Shown here piece by piece: positions 1-10,492 of a stretch of DNA of 55,906 nt. Below the pieces are notes generated by a model. The model saw only the letters and a program-made list of their open reading frames with translations, was not told the DNA's origin and did not search any database. The stretch is from a virus (Duplodnaviria; Caudoviricetes), in IMG/VR virus record IMGVR_UViG_3300033067_001303, positions 1 to 55,906 of that record; one strand, written 5' to 3'. Position 1 is the stretch's first letter. Every line of letters begins with the position of its first letter. Position numbers and translations under genes: made by a program.

Positions 1-138
1 GGTAGTGGTTCAATTGGAACAGGTACGACTTTAACAAATGCAACAGGTATTGAAAGTGCCGATTGGATTTCTGATTTCCCAACAGTAATAACAAAAACAC
101 AAGGCACTTCTTGGAATAGAGGGGCGTATATAAATTAA
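1..138 (+). CDS. 3' end of upstream gene (partial), probably tail fibre/structural protein
   Basis: Frame 1 is open from base 1 (GSGSIGTGTTLTNATG...WNRGAYIN) to TAA at 136-138; Gly/Thr-rich; lies just before the lysis genes. Confidence 0.55.
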   Translation, partial: GSGSIGTGTTLTNATGIESADWISDFPTVITKTQGTSWNRGAYIN

Positions 139-140
139 AT

Positions 141-332
141 ATGAGTAAAAAAGAAAAAATAGATTTTTATTTAGGAAAATTAATGAGTAGAAAATTATTA
201 GCATTTATGATAGCATCTGTAGGTTTATTTACAGGACATGTTACAGATACTAATTGGGTAATATTAGCTACAGCATATGTTTCTATTGAAGGATTTACAA
301 ATATTGTTGAAAGATTAAAACAGAATGGATAA
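141..332 (+). CDS. Putative holin
   Basis: 63 aa, two hydrophobic segments, basic N-terminus with SRKL motif, upstream of endolysin. Confidence 0.7.
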   Translation: MSKKEKIDFYLGKLMSRKLLAFMIASVGLFTGHVTDTNWVILATAYVSIEGFTNIVERLKQNG

Positions 333-525
333 AACAATGATACACGAATTTAAACTAACTATAGTAAATTTTATAGTAATTGCTTTTGCTTTTACTAATA
401 TTGAAACAATACTTAAACCAATTGCACTGTTTATATCAATTATATATACAATTTATAAAATAATTGAATTACATCAAAAATTTAAAGACAGAAAAAATGG
501 ATCAGATAAGTCTGGAGAGGATTAA
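325..525 (+). CDS. Small membrane protein (second holin/antiholin)
   Basis: 66 aa, two hydrophobic helices and charged C-tail; overlaps both neighbours. Confidence 0.6.
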   Translation: MDKTMIHEFKLTIVNFIVIAFAFTNIETILKPIALFISIIYTIYKIIELHQKFKDRKNGSDKSGED

Positions 526-1015
526 TACACTTCATCCTAAAATTAGAAAAGAAGTTTTAGAATTATATACTAAAGTTAATAATTTAGAATTAGGTAAAGG
601 TGTTAGATTAAGATTGTCTTATACTTTTAGAACAAATGAAGAACAAGATGAATTGTTTAAAAAACGACCTAAAGTAACTAATGCTAAAGGAGGTCAATCA
701 ATTCATAATTATGGATTAGCATTTGATATTGTACTTATGTACGATAAAGACGGTGATGGTAAATTTGAAGAAGTTTCATGGGACACTAAAAGAGATGGTG
801 ATAAAGATGGAATATCAGATTGGTTAGAAGTAACTAAAATATTTACATCTGGAGGATATACTAATGGTTTTATAACCAATGGTAAAAAATGGGATCTACC
901 TCATTTTCAAAAAGATTTTGGTTTATCATGGCAAAAAATGAAAACTAAAATAGATAAAGGTGATTTTATATCTGAAACAATAAATGGTTACATTTATAAA
1001 TATATAAATATTTAA
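497..1015 (+). CDS. Endolysin, peptidase M15 family (L-Ala-D-Glu peptidase-like)
   Basis: Motifs RTxEEQxxL, VTNAKGGQSIHNYGLAFD and WDLPHFQ; ATG at 497 (MDQISLERI) preferred over the non-ATG start at 464. Confidence 0.88.
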   Translation: MDQISLERINTLHPKIRKEVLELYTKVNNLELGKGVRLRLSYTFRTNEEQDELFKKRPKVTNAKGGQSIHNYGLAFDIVLMYDKDGDGKFEEVSWDTKRDGDKDGISDWLEVTKIFTSGGYTNGFITNGKKWDLPHFQKDFGLSWQKMKTKIDKGDFISETINGYIYKYINI

Positions 1016-1051
1016 ATAATTAAAAAAAGATATAAAATAGTTGTTAAAAAA

Positions 1052-1083
1052 TTTGGATTTCTCAATTATTTGTTGTATCTTTG
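1052..1083 (+). promoter_or_regulatory. Bacteroidota-type promoter TTTGGATT-N16-TATCTTTG
   Basis: -7 element TAnnTTTG plus upstream TTTG; same spacing as six other copies in the window. Confidence 0.75.
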
Positions 1084-1107
1084 CATTAAATTATTAAAAA
1101 TGTAATT

Positions 1108-2040
1108 ATGAAGTTTGAAGAAATAAAAGAGTTTTTAAGAAATAAACCTGGTTATGCTAAAATTGGTGGTTATAAATTATCATTAATATTAGAAGCAGAT
1201 GAAGAGATTTGTCAACAAGCATTAAAAGAAGTAAGACGTGAATTGAAAAATAAAATTGGAAAAGACAATAAAACGTTCAAAGTAAAATTAGATAAAGATT
1301 TTAAAACATCACAAGATGTATTTAAAGATGCTTTTAGAAATGGATTTTTAACAGTAGATTCTTTTAAGACAGATATTAAGAAATCTAAATCAGGTAAAAA
1401 TGTTTTAGTTATTGGAGATTTACATGAACCTTTTTGTTTAGATGGATATTTAGAACACTGTATTGAAACATACAATAAATATAAATGTAATGAAGTGGTA
1501 TTTATAGGTGATATAATCGACAATCACGCTTCAAGTTATCATGAGACTGATCCAGATGGACATAGCGCAGGACAAGAGCTTAAAATGGCTATACAACGTA
1601 TTAAACAATGGTATAGTGCTTTTCCTAAAGCAATTGTAATTATTGGTAATCACGATAGATTAATAATGCGTAAAGCATATTCATCAGGATTATCTAAATT
1701 ATGGATTAAAGATTATGCAGAAGTATTAGGTACACCAGGATGGAATTTTACAGATTCAATTGAAATTGATAATGTATTATATATTCATGGTGAAGGTGGT
1801 ACTGCGAGAGCTAGAGTACGTAGAGATTTACAATCTGTAGTTCAAGGTCACTTACATAGTCAAGCATATATTGATTGGTGTGTAGGAGCTAAATTTAAAC
1901 TTTTTGGTATGCAAGTAGGATGTGGAGTTGATCATCGTTCATATGCAATGGCATATGGTAAAGAAGGACCTAAACCAGCAATAGCTTGTGGTGTAATTTT
2001 ACAAGGAGAAGTTCCAATAAACATAATGATGAATTTATAA
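1108..2040 (+). CDS. Calcineurin-like metallophosphoesterase with N-terminal helical domain
   Basis: Motifs GDLH, GDIID, GNHD, HG, GHLH. Confidence 0.85.
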   Translation: MKFEEIKEFLRNKPGYAKIGGYKLSLILEADEEICQQALKEVRRELKNKIGKDNKTFKVKLDKDFKTSQDVFKDAFRNGFLTVDSFKTDIKKSKSGKNVLVIGDLHEPFCLDGYLEHCIETYNKYKCNEVVFIGDIIDNHASSYHETDPDGHSAGQELKMAIQRIKQWYSAFPKAIVIIGNHDRLIMRKAYSSGLSKLWIKDYAEVLGTPGWNFTDSIEIDNVLYIHGEGGTARARVRRDLQSVVQGHLHSQAYIDWCVGAKFKLFGMQVGCGVDHRSYAMAYGKEGPKPAIACGVILQGEVPINIMMNL

Positions 2041-2050
2041 AAATAAACTT

Positions 2051-2085
2051 AAAGCCTATCTATAATTATATAGGTAGGCTTTTTT
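2051..2085 (+). terminator. Rho-independent terminator
   Basis: AAAGCCTATCTATA...TATAGGTAGGCTTT hairpin followed by T-run. Confidence 0.8.
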
Positions 2086-2098
2086 AATATAACAAAAA

Positions 2099-2788
2099 AT
2101 GAGTAAAGTTAATGAAATAATTTATGATGTACGTGAAGCTGTACGTCAAATAACAGATGATAGTGATATATCAGATAGATATATATTATATTTGTATAAT
2201 ATAAAACGTTCTAAATATTTACGTCAAGATTTAAACAATTTACAAAAAACTATTGATATATCAATTTTACAAACTCTTTGTTTGGAATTAGAAGAAGTCT
2301 CAATAAATGAATGTGGTTTAGATTTAGATTGTGAAACTATAATGAGAACTAAACAACCTTTACCTAAGTTATTAGAATTACATTTAAAACCTTCTATTGT
2401 AACTGTAAAACCTACAAATAAAATATCTGTACCTTTTAATTTTATTACTAAAGAAAGAACTGTGTTTAGTAAATATTCTCCTTTTAAAAATAGTATATTT
2501 GCTTTTTTAGATACAGATAATAAAATTTATTTATATAGTCAAAATGATGCTGTAAAATTAATTGAATGTTTAACAGTAACTGCAATATTTGAAGATCCAT
2601 TAGAACTTCAAAATTATACTAATTGTTGTAGTTGTACACCTGCAGAAAATCCTTGTTTTGATTATTTAAATAGTACATATCCAATTCAAGCACATCATAT
2701 AGATAATATTAGAGAAGAGATTGTTCAAAGCTTACTTAGAACTATTCAAATACCTCAAGATAAAACAAATAATGCTGATGACAAGTAA
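2099..2788 (+). CDS. Conserved crAss-like structural protein (tail ring/adaptor type)
   Basis: 229 aa; DDSDISDRYI and IFEDP motifs; position before IHF-like, tail tube and muzzle genes matches crAss-like gene order. Confidence 0.6.
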   Translation: MSKVNEIIYDVREAVRQITDDSDISDRYILYLYNIKRSKYLRQDLNNLQKTIDISILQTLCLELEEVSINECGLDLDCETIMRTKQPLPKLLELHLKPSIVTVKPTNKISVPFNFITKERTVFSKYSPFKNSIFAFLDTDNKIYLYSQNDAVKLIECLTVTAIFEDPLELQNYTNCCSCTPAENPCFDYLNSTYPIQAHHIDNIREEIVQSLLRTIQIPQDKTNNADDK

Positions 2789-3278
2789 AAGAGTTAAAAA
2801 AGATTATGGTATGTCTGATTATTATAATTATTATTTAAAAAATAATAATAGTCCACAATCAAAATCTAAATTTAATAAAATTATATCTGAATTTAATGAA
2901 GGAGTTGTAGATTTAATTATAAATGAAAGCATTGAATTTAAACCTACAAAATTACAATTTACTTTTTGTATTAGAAAAACAAAACGTGTTCCTAAAATTA
3001 AAGAAGGTAAATTAATTAACACTACACCTATTGATTGGAAAGCAACTAATCAATTATGGGAATCTGATAATGAAGCTAAAGATAAAAAAATACTTTTAAG
3101 ATATTTAAATAATCATACATTTAAATATATTTTTAGAATTAAAGCTTTAAAATTAGGTCAAAATTACAAAAATAAAAAATATTACAAATATAAACCTGCA
3201 AGAAGTTTTCAAAGATTATTAGCTAAAAGAATATTAGATAATGATTTAGATAATTTTGATGCTTATAAACTTTATTAA
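2778..3278 (+). CDS. IHF/HU-like DNA-binding protein of the crAss-like tail module
   Basis: Basic protein, IDWKAT and YKFKP-like motifs, syntenic position; ATG at 2772/2778 more plausible than 2721. Confidence 0.55.
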   Translation: MTSKRVKKDYGMSDYYNYYLKNNNSPQSKSKFNKIISEFNEGVVDLIINESIEFKPTKLQFTFCIRKTKRVPKIKEGKLINTTPIDWKATNQLWESDNEAKDKKILLRYLNNHTFKYIFRIKALKLGQNYKNKKYYKYKPARSFQRLLAKRILDNDLDNFDAYKLY

Positions 3279-3279
3279 A

Positions 3280-3996
3280 ATGGTAAATGGTAAAATGGTT
3301 TCTATAGGAAACATTATATGGAAAGTTATAAGAAATCCTTTAGCTCAGGATATAACTTACGAACAAGCAGCAGAGTTTGCATTAGAATTTATTAGACTTA
3401 TGAATGCACCATTATCATATAGTGATGAAGTAAAATCTTTAAAGCTAAATGAATATAAAACATATTTACCTTCTAATTTAATTAATATTAGAGGTGTTAG
3501 ATATACAGGTACAGATGGTTGTCAAGATCCAATTGCTATGAGATATGCTACAGATTTATATCATGTTAATAATGATACTGATAATACTTCAGATTATAAT
3601 AAAGAATATACTTATGTTGTACAAAACTGTGTATTAATATCTTCTAAAAAAGAAGGATATGTAGACATTTCATATAAATCAATATCTTTAGATGAAGAAG
3701 GTTTTCCTTTAATACCAGATAATGAATCATATAAAGTAGGATTAGAATATTTTATTTTACATAAATATATTGAACCTCTTTGGATGATGGGTAAAATACA
3801 AGATAAAGTATTTAATTATGTTGAACAAAAAAGACATTGGTATTTAGGACAAGCTGAAAATTCTATGAAATTACAAGGAATGGATCATTTAGAAAGTATG
3901 ATGAATGCTTTAAATAGAATTATTATTAATGATCAAGCACATGAGAATTTTTATAAGAAATTTGGAGAAAAACAATATATAAAAAGATATCATTAA
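3280..3996 (+). CDS. Tail tubular/ring protein (P22 gp4-like)
   Basis: Motif Y...LDEEGFPLIPD typical of crAss-like tail tubular proteins; precedes muzzle gene; ATG at 3280. Confidence 0.7.
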   Translation: MVNGKMVSIGNIIWKVIRNPLAQDITYEQAAEFALEFIRLMNAPLSYSDEVKSLKLNEYKTYLPSNLINIRGVRYTGTDGCQDPIAMRYATDLYHVNNDTDNTSDYNKEYTYVVQNCVLISSKKEGYVDISYKSISLDEEGFPLIPDNESYKVGLEYFILHKYIEPLWMMGKIQDKVFNYVEQKRHWYLGQAENSMKLQGMDHLESMMNALNRIIINDQAHENFYKKFGEKQYIKRYH

Positions 3997-3998
3997 TT

Positions 3999-6900
3999 AT
4001 GAATAAAAATGTAATAATGACTTATAATGGTATGAACCAAGATATAAGTCAATCAAAATTTTCAAATCAATTTTATTTTGAAGGTAAAAATATTAGAATA
4101 TTATCAACAGATTCACAAAGTACTAATTCTGTAACTAATGAAAAAGGTAATTCTTTAGTATTAACAATTCCTCAAATTAATATTGATTTTAGTAATAAAA
4201 TAATTAGTTATAATTCTAAAACATTAAATTATTTAACAAGTCAAATTAATCAATTATATTCATCACAACCTGGTGAACAATTAATTATAGGACATGCAAT
4301 AGGTAAAGACAATACTGTTTTATTTACAACAGATAACAACGGATTTGATTGTATATGGACTTTTAATAATTATGATTATGATTTAAATTTAATATATTTA
4401 AGAAACTTAAATTTTAATATTAATAACCCTATTCAAGCACTTATTAATTATGAAAATGATAAAATTGAAAAAGTATATTGGGTAGATGGTAAGAATCAAA
4501 TGAGATTTTTAAATATTAAACAAAGTATTGAAAATGGTGATAATGACGAATTAATAGATGTAGAGTCAAGTTTAATTAATGTTGTAGGTGATTTTAAATT
4601 TAGTCAACCTGAATTAATAACTAAAGAACAAGGTGGTACTCATACAGCAGGTATGATTCAGTATACTTATACATTATATAGATTAAATGGTGCTTCTACT
4701 AAATTAAGTCCTTTAAGTGATTTAATATCTTTAGATAATGGTGAACAAGGTGGTGGTAATATTAATAATACTGTATCTTCATATCCTGTAATTAAAGTAC
4801 CTTTTATAGATTCAGATTATACAAATTTGAAATTATATTCAATTAAATATACTTCATATAATGAAATTCCTGAAGTTAGATTAATTTTAGATAAAAATAT
4901 TCAAGGTCTTTCTGAATTAGTTCATTATGACACAGGTTCTATAATTAACACTATTTCTTTAGATGAATTTACATTTTTAGGTAACAATGCAATATATATA
5001 CCTAAACATATTAATACTAAATTTAACAGGTTATTTTCTGCAAATTTTGAAGAAAAAAACTTTAATATAGAAGTAGATACTCGAGCATATAGTTTTGGAC
5101 AAAATCAAACATCTGTATATTTACATGAAGAACTTACTTATAATTCAATAGACGATTTAATTGAAGGTGATAATAATTTTTTAGTTAATCTATCTACTAT
5201 TAATAATGTACCTAAAAAACATAATTGTTTAAATAAAGATTTTGATACTTATAAATATCAATATAATAGTAATATTTTAGGTGGTACTGGTAGATATTTA
5301 AAATGGGAATTATTTAGATCTGAAGTAGGTGTTAGTGTAGACAATATTACTAAAACACAATCTGAAGGTAAGTTTTTTAAAGATAGAGAAATTTATAGAT
5401 TAGGAATACAATTCTATAATAGAAAAGCTCAAATTTCTTTACCTAAATGGATTACAGATTTTAAAACAAATGTATCAGGAAATCAAAGTAATTTAAATGG
5501 ATTTTATGCTACATTAAAAATAAAATTTAATACAGAGTTTTTCACATGGTTAAATACAAGTTCTAACTTTTTAAATGATGAAGGTATTTATGATGAAGAT
5601 TTAAAACCTGTAGGATTTAAATTGTTAAGAGCTGAAAGAACATTGAACGATAGAAGTGTTGTTTGTCAAGGTCTAATTAATGCTTCATATGTTATAAAAA
5701 ATACATCAGAAGATTCTTTTGGAAATTTTATTCCTGATACAGAACTTGCTCAAAGAAGAAAATATAATTCTGAACCAAAACTACCTTCGTTAATGAGACC
5801 TTTTGATGGTTCAATTGCTCCGTTAAAAGGAATGTTTAATTATGCAAGAGTAGACGATAATGATAATAAACATCCTTCTACTACTGAATTTTGTTATAGA
5901 GTTCGTGATAGAGAAATTACACCTCCTTATAATTATATAGAACCACCACAATTCACTACAATTTGTGATCCTTTATTAAATGTAGGACAAAGAGGTAATG
6001 GTGAAGCTGAAATATATAATGCTGTAGCTTCTTCAGATAAAAGAAGTATGGTTTATCAATTTAATCAATTGATGCAAATATATTCACCTGAAATAACATT
6101 TAATCAAATACAAAAATTAGATAATACTAATTTAAATACTGTAGCGTTAATAAAAAATGATTATAATGCATTTTGGGGTAAAATGATTGATACCAATACA
6201 AAAGTAGTAAGTACTGAAGGTAAAATATTTGGTGAAATATCTCCTTATTCTACAACTTTTGATGTTGTTTCAGATAATCCTGATGACACACCAATTCAAA
6301 ATCCACCAAGTGAAACTGAATATCAAGCATATGTTACAGGTTTAGTTGCAGATCATTCATTTATTTATGGTCCTTATGCAGAAGATGTACCTTTATATAT
6401 ACCTACATATGAAGAATATTCTGCAAGTTTATTAGTAAATGTAGTAGATAATGAAGAAGGATTATTTCCTATTATAGGAAATATAAAAACATTTGGTTCT
6501 TGGGGATTAATTGGACCTCAAGGTATTGGTTATGGATATAGAGCAGCATCGTATCAACCACAGTATCAATTTTATAGAAAATATACAGGTGATATATTAT
6601 ATCAAAATGATAATATATTATATAATATATACGGAAATCCTTTAATTGTAGAAACAGGTGCTAATAGAACTATATACAATAGAGATTCTGATTTAGCTTT
6701 TTATAATACATATAGTATTATGAATACTGATACAGGTGAAGAAAGTGATAATAGTCCTAACTGGAGAGTAAGTGAAATGAATTCTTGGGGTGCTAGATGT
6801 GGTTTAATTGTATTAGGAGATTCTTCTGAAGAAACAATTGAACGAAAAAATCTTCAAAATTTATTTTCTGAATTAACAGGAGAAACTACATTTGATCCAA

Positions 6901-8414
6901 TAGAAGATATTTTACCAGATAATATAGGTAAATCAGGAATTATTTCAGAATTAATACTTAATAAATCTTCAATTTATTTAGGTTTATTGTATGGAGGAAA
7001 TGATTATGAATCAAGAAAACGAACTAATTATATTGAAATTGGTAATTATATAAATTTAGTACCTAATATATTTAATGAACTTAATTATAAATGTATAAAT
7101 GGTGGTGACACATTTGTTAGTAATTTTAAATTTACTAAAATAGTAAAAACAAATACTGAAGTATATAATTTACAAATACCTCAATTTACAGAAATTGTTG
7201 AAGTTAAATTAGAAAGTACTGTAGATAATAAAAATAGAAGTGATTATTCAGTAGAAGATTGGGATAGTAGATTTCAACCTAAATATGAAGAATATCAAAA
7301 CTATAATAGAATATATTCACAAGAATCTAATTTCTTTATAAGAAAAGATGTTGATTATAATTTTAAAGCTATTAGTAAATTTGAAAATGGTATAATTGCA
7401 TCATCTGTTAAAACACCAGGAGAAGCTATTGATAGTTGGTTAACATATTTAACTAATGATATAATGTACATTGATGGTAAATATGGTTCTATTAATTGTT
7501 TACATTCATTTAAAGATGAAATTTATACATTACAAGATAGAGCTGTTGCAAGTATTTCTATTAATCCTCGTGTACAAGTTCAAGGTAATGATGGTATTGC
7601 AATACAATTAGGAACTGGTCAAGTATTAGATAGATATCAATATTTATCTACTATGACAGGAACATTGAATAAATGGTCTGTTGTAAATTCACCAAATGCT
7701 TTTTATTATTATGATACTTTAAATAAAACTATTAATTTATTTAATCAAGAACTATCTGATATTAAAGGAATGCATAGTTTTCTTATTAATAATACAAATG
7801 AAGATTTAAAAACAGATAATCCTTTAATAAGAAAAGGTATAAGTTCTACTTATGATTATTTAAATAATGAAATATTATTTACATTTTTACAAGAAGATAA
7901 TGATTTTACAATTTCATATAATGAATTAAAACAACAATTTATATCGTTTTATGATTATACACCAAGTATGTATATAAGTATTGGAGATATGTTGTTAAGT
8001 ACTAATTTAACATTAAAATCATTATACGAACATGGTATAGGTGAATATAATACATTTTATGGAATTAAATATCCTTCTTATATTATATTAAATCTTAATC
8101 CTGAACCTTATTTTGATTGTGTATTTGATAATATAAATTATAAATCAGAAGTATATTTAAACAATGTAGATCAATCAAATGTTACATTAACAAATATACA
8201 AGCATATAATGATTATCAATCTACATTACTAACACCTCTTGTAAACAACAGAAACGGTAATTTAAGACGTCGTTTTAGAGATTGGAATGCTGAGATACCA
8301 AGAGATGGTAGAAATCGTATTAGAGGACCTTGGATTAAACTTAAAGTTCAATTCAATAATCAATCTAATTATAAATTAATATTACACGATATGATTATTT
8401 CATATACGGTATAA
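3999..8414 (+). CDS. Tail stabilization/muzzle protein (P22 gp10-like)
   Basis: 1471 aa; N-terminal GMNQD, YWVDGKNQMR, GGDTFV, C-terminal RRRFRDW...RIRGPW; syntenic position. Confidence 0.78.
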   Translation: MNKNVIMTYNGMNQDISQSKFSNQFYFEGKNIRILSTDSQSTNSVTNEKGNSLVLTIPQINIDFSNKIISYNSKTLNYLTSQINQLYSSQPGEQLIIGHAIGKDNTVLFTTDNNGFDCIWTFNNYDYDLNLIYLRNLNFNINNPIQALINYENDKIEKVYWVDGKNQMRFLNIKQSIENGDNDELIDVESSLINVVGDFKFSQPELITKEQGGTHTAGMIQYTYTLYRLNGASTKLSPLSDLISLDNGEQGGGNINNTVSSYPVIKVPFIDSDYTNLKLYSIKYTSYNEIPEVRLILDKNIQGLSELVHYDTGSIINTISLDEFTFLGNNAIYIPKHINTKFNRLFSANFEEKNFNIEVDTRAYSFGQNQTSVYLHEELTYNSIDDLIEGDNNFLVNLSTINNVPKKHNCLNKDFDTYKYQYNSNILGGTGRYLKWELFRSEVGVSVDNITKTQSEGKFFKDREIYRLGIQFYNRKAQISLPKWITDFKTNVSGNQSNLNGFYATLKIKFNTEFFTWLNTSSNFLNDEGIYDEDLKPVGFKLLRAERTLNDRSVVCQGLINASYVIKNTSEDSFGNFIPDTELAQRRKYNSEPKLPSLMRPFDGSIAPLKGMFNYARVDDNDNKHPSTTEFCYRVRDREITPPYNYIEPPQFTTICDPLLNVGQRGNGEAEIYNAVASSDKRSMVYQFNQLMQIYSPEITFNQIQKLDNTNLNTVALIKNDYNAFWGKMIDTNTKVVSTEGKIFGEISPYSTTFDVVSDNPDDTPIQNPPSETEYQAYVTGLVADHSFIYGPYAEDVPLYIPTYEEYSASLLVNVVDNEEGLFPIIGNIKTFGSWGLIGPQGIGYGYRAASYQPQYQFYRKYTGDILYQNDNILYNIYGNPLIVETGANRTIYNRDSDLAFYNTYSIMNTDTGEESDNSPNWRVSEMNSWGARCGLIVLGDSSEETIERKNLQNLFSELTGETTFDPIEDILPDNIGKSGIISELILNKSSIYLGLLYGGNDYESRKRTNYIEIGNYINLVPNIFNELNYKCINGGDTFVSNFKFTKIVKTNTEVYNLQIPQFTEIVEVKLESTVDNKNRSDYSVEDWDSRFQPKYEEYQNYNRIYSQESNFFIRKDVDYNFKAISKFENGIIASSVKTPGEAIDSWLTYLTNDIMYIDGKYGSINCLHSFKDEIYTLQDRAVASISINPRVQVQGNDGIAIQLGTGQVLDRYQYLSTMTGTLNKWSVVNSPNAFYYYDTLNKTINLFNQELSDIKGMHSFLINNTNEDLKTDNPLIRKGISSTYDYLNNEILFTFLQEDNDFTISYNELKQQFISFYDYTPSMYISIGDMLLSTNLTLKSLYEHGIGEYNTFYGIKYPSYIILNLNPEPYFDCVFDNINYKSEVYLNNVDQSNVTLTNIQAYNDYQSTLLTPLVNNRNGNLRRRFRDWNAEIPRDGRNRIRGPWIKLKVQFNNQSNYKLILHDMIISYTV

Positions 8415-8420
8415 TACAAT

Positions 8421-8468
8421 AAAGGTATAGTTTATCATCATAAAAAGATATAAATTATACCTTTTTTT
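8421..8468 (+). terminator. Rho-independent terminator
   Basis: AAAGGTATAGTTTATC...GATATAAATTATACCTTT stem followed by T-run. Confidence 0.7.
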
Positions 8469-8469
8469 A

Positions 8470-8501
8470 TTTGGAAATTTGAAAAAAATTTCGTATCTTG
8501 C
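8470..8501 (+). promoter_or_regulatory. Promoter TTTGGAAA-N16-TATCTTGC for the cargo-protein operon
   Basis: Same architecture and 16-nt spacer as the other copies; immediately after the terminator. Confidence 0.7.
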
Positions 8502-8542
8502 ATGAAATACAAAACACATTAAAAAATTAATACTAAAATAAT

Positions 8543-10492
8543 ATGTTAAACGAATTTAATGAAGGTGGTTCACATGAACAAAATAAATTAGGAGGAATTC
8601 CTCAAGGAATGGGTAGTAATGGTATGATTAATACTGTAGAAGAAGGAGAAACTAAAAAAGATAGCTTTATCTATAGTAATAGAATTACTCTTACACCACA
8701 AGTTATTGCACAATTTAATTTACCTAAATCATTATTAGGTAAAACAGCAGCAGATGCTACTAAATTAATTAATAATAAATTTGAAGGTAGAAACTCTAAA
8801 TTAGATAACAATACTAAAAAAGCATTTTTAGATAGAATTGCAGAAGCTCAAGAAACAGTTAAAGCTGAAGAACAATCTAAAATTCAAGAAGCAATGCAAA
8901 TTAATTCTACTGAAGTACCTGATATGATGAATGGTCAAATTCCTCAAGGTATGGAAGAATATAGTCAACCACAACAACCAATGGCTTATGGTGGTAAAAT
9001 GAGTCAAAATCAAATGTTATTTGGAGGTAACTCTCAACAAGGTCAAATGGCTGGTGATATGACAGGTCAAGTAGCTACAACTGCTGCAGATATGTTTTTT
9101 CCAGGTTCAGGACAATTTTTAAAAATGGGAGATCAATTTGGTACTCAAGTTGGTAATATGATTGGTGGTGATAAAGGTGAACAAATAGGAGGATTAATTA
9201 GTCCTATGGGTACACTTAAAGGTATTGGTACGTCTATTGCAACAGGTAATATAAATGATATTCCAGGAATAGGTTTGTTTGGTGGTAAAACTACTAAACA
9301 AAAAGAAATACAAAAAATGAAATTTAATAAAGATATGTTTGAATCTAATTCTAAAATTTCTGATTTTAAATATGGTGGTAATATGTATGAAGGTGGTGGA
9401 GAATTAAAACCATGGCAATTACCTTCATCAAAAATGACAGATGATCCAAGTTTTAATGGTGGATTTGGATTTAAAAATATGACAGGTATACCTTATGCTA
9501 CAGAATTACCTTTAGATCAACAAATAAATATAAAATCATCATATAATCCTAATAGTTTTTATAAACAATCATTTAATCAAATGGGAAGACCTCAAATATC
9601 TAATGATTTAGGATATACAAGTAAATTAAATTATAATGATCCAGATACTGTAAATTTATCTCCAGAACAATTACAAGAAAATAATATTTCTGAAAACATA
9701 AAAGCAAGAATGTTTGGTCCTCAAGCAACAGGTCATTATGAAGGTGAAATGTATGATGGTTCTAAAGTAGGTAAAATAGCATCTAAAGTAGGACAATATG
9801 TTAAAGATAATTATGGTAACGCATTAAGATATGCACCAATAGCTATGAATGCTTATCAATTAGCTAAAATGGGTAAACCTGAAGTTGAAACTTTAGATAG
9901 ATTAAACAATCGTTATAATCCTCAATATATGGATGAAAAAGCGTTAACTAATCAAATTAATGCTGAAACTAATTATACAGCTAATGCTTTAGCAAATGCA
10001 GCTAATGGTTCATTAGGTTCATTATCTAATAATATATTAGGAATGCAATTAAATAAAACTAAAGCTTTATCTGATGCTTATTCTAAAGTAGCAGATGTTA
10101 ATCGTAATGAAGATAAAACAGCACAACAATTTAATTTAGGTGTAGATCAAGTAAATATTGGACAATCTAATATGGAAAAAGATATTAATGCTAAAAATAG
10201 AGGAGCTTTTAAAACTGAAAAATCTAGATTATTAGGTCAAATGGGAACTGATTTAGGAAATATTGGTAAAGAAACAGTTTATAAAAAATTAGCAAAAGAA
10301 GCTTTTGGATATACTTATGATGGAGAATATGTAAGAGACGATAAAGGTAAAGTCGTAAATAATCCTGATACAGGTAAACCTTTAACAAAAGAAGAGTTAG
10401 AAAAAACTAAAAAATATGCTCAAACTTTTAATACTTTAGGTAAAAGAGAATTTGGTAGTTTAAGTTTAAATAATCAAAATACAAAAGAATAA
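8543..10492 (+). CDS. Virion cargo/ejection protein 1
   Basis: N-terminal GGSHEQNKLGGIPQG...VEEGETK motif of crAss-like internal virion proteins; Gly/Gln/Met-rich; repeated YGG motifs. Confidence 0.7.
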   Translation: MLNEFNEGGSHEQNKLGGIPQGMGSNGMINTVEEGETKKDSFIYSNRITLTPQVIAQFNLPKSLLGKTAADATKLINNKFEGRNSKLDNNTKKAFLDRIAEAQETVKAEEQSKIQEAMQINSTEVPDMMNGQIPQGMEEYSQPQQPMAYGGKMSQNQMLFGGNSQQGQMAGDMTGQVATTAADMFFPGSGQFLKMGDQFGTQVGNMIGGDKGEQIGGLISPMGTLKGIGTSIATGNINDIPGIGLFGGKTTKQKEIQKMKFNKDMFESNSKISDFKYGGNMYEGGGELKPWQLPSSKMTDDPSFNGGFGFKNMTGIPYATELPLDQQINIKSSYNPNSFYKQSFNQMGRPQISNDLGYTSKLNYNDPDTVNLSPEQLQENNISENIKARMFGPQATGHYEGEMYDGSKVGKIASKVGQYVKDNYGNALRYAPIAMNAYQLAKMGKPEVETLDRLNNRYNPQYMDEKALTNQINAETNYTANALANAANGSLGSLSNNILGMQLNKTKALSDAYSKVADVNRNEDKTAQQFNLGVDQVNIGQSNMEKDINAKNRGAFKTEKSRLLGQMGTDLGNIGKETVYKKLAKEAFGYTYDGEYVRDDKGKVVNNPDTGKPLTKEELEKTKKYAQTFNTLGKREFGSLSLNNQNTKE

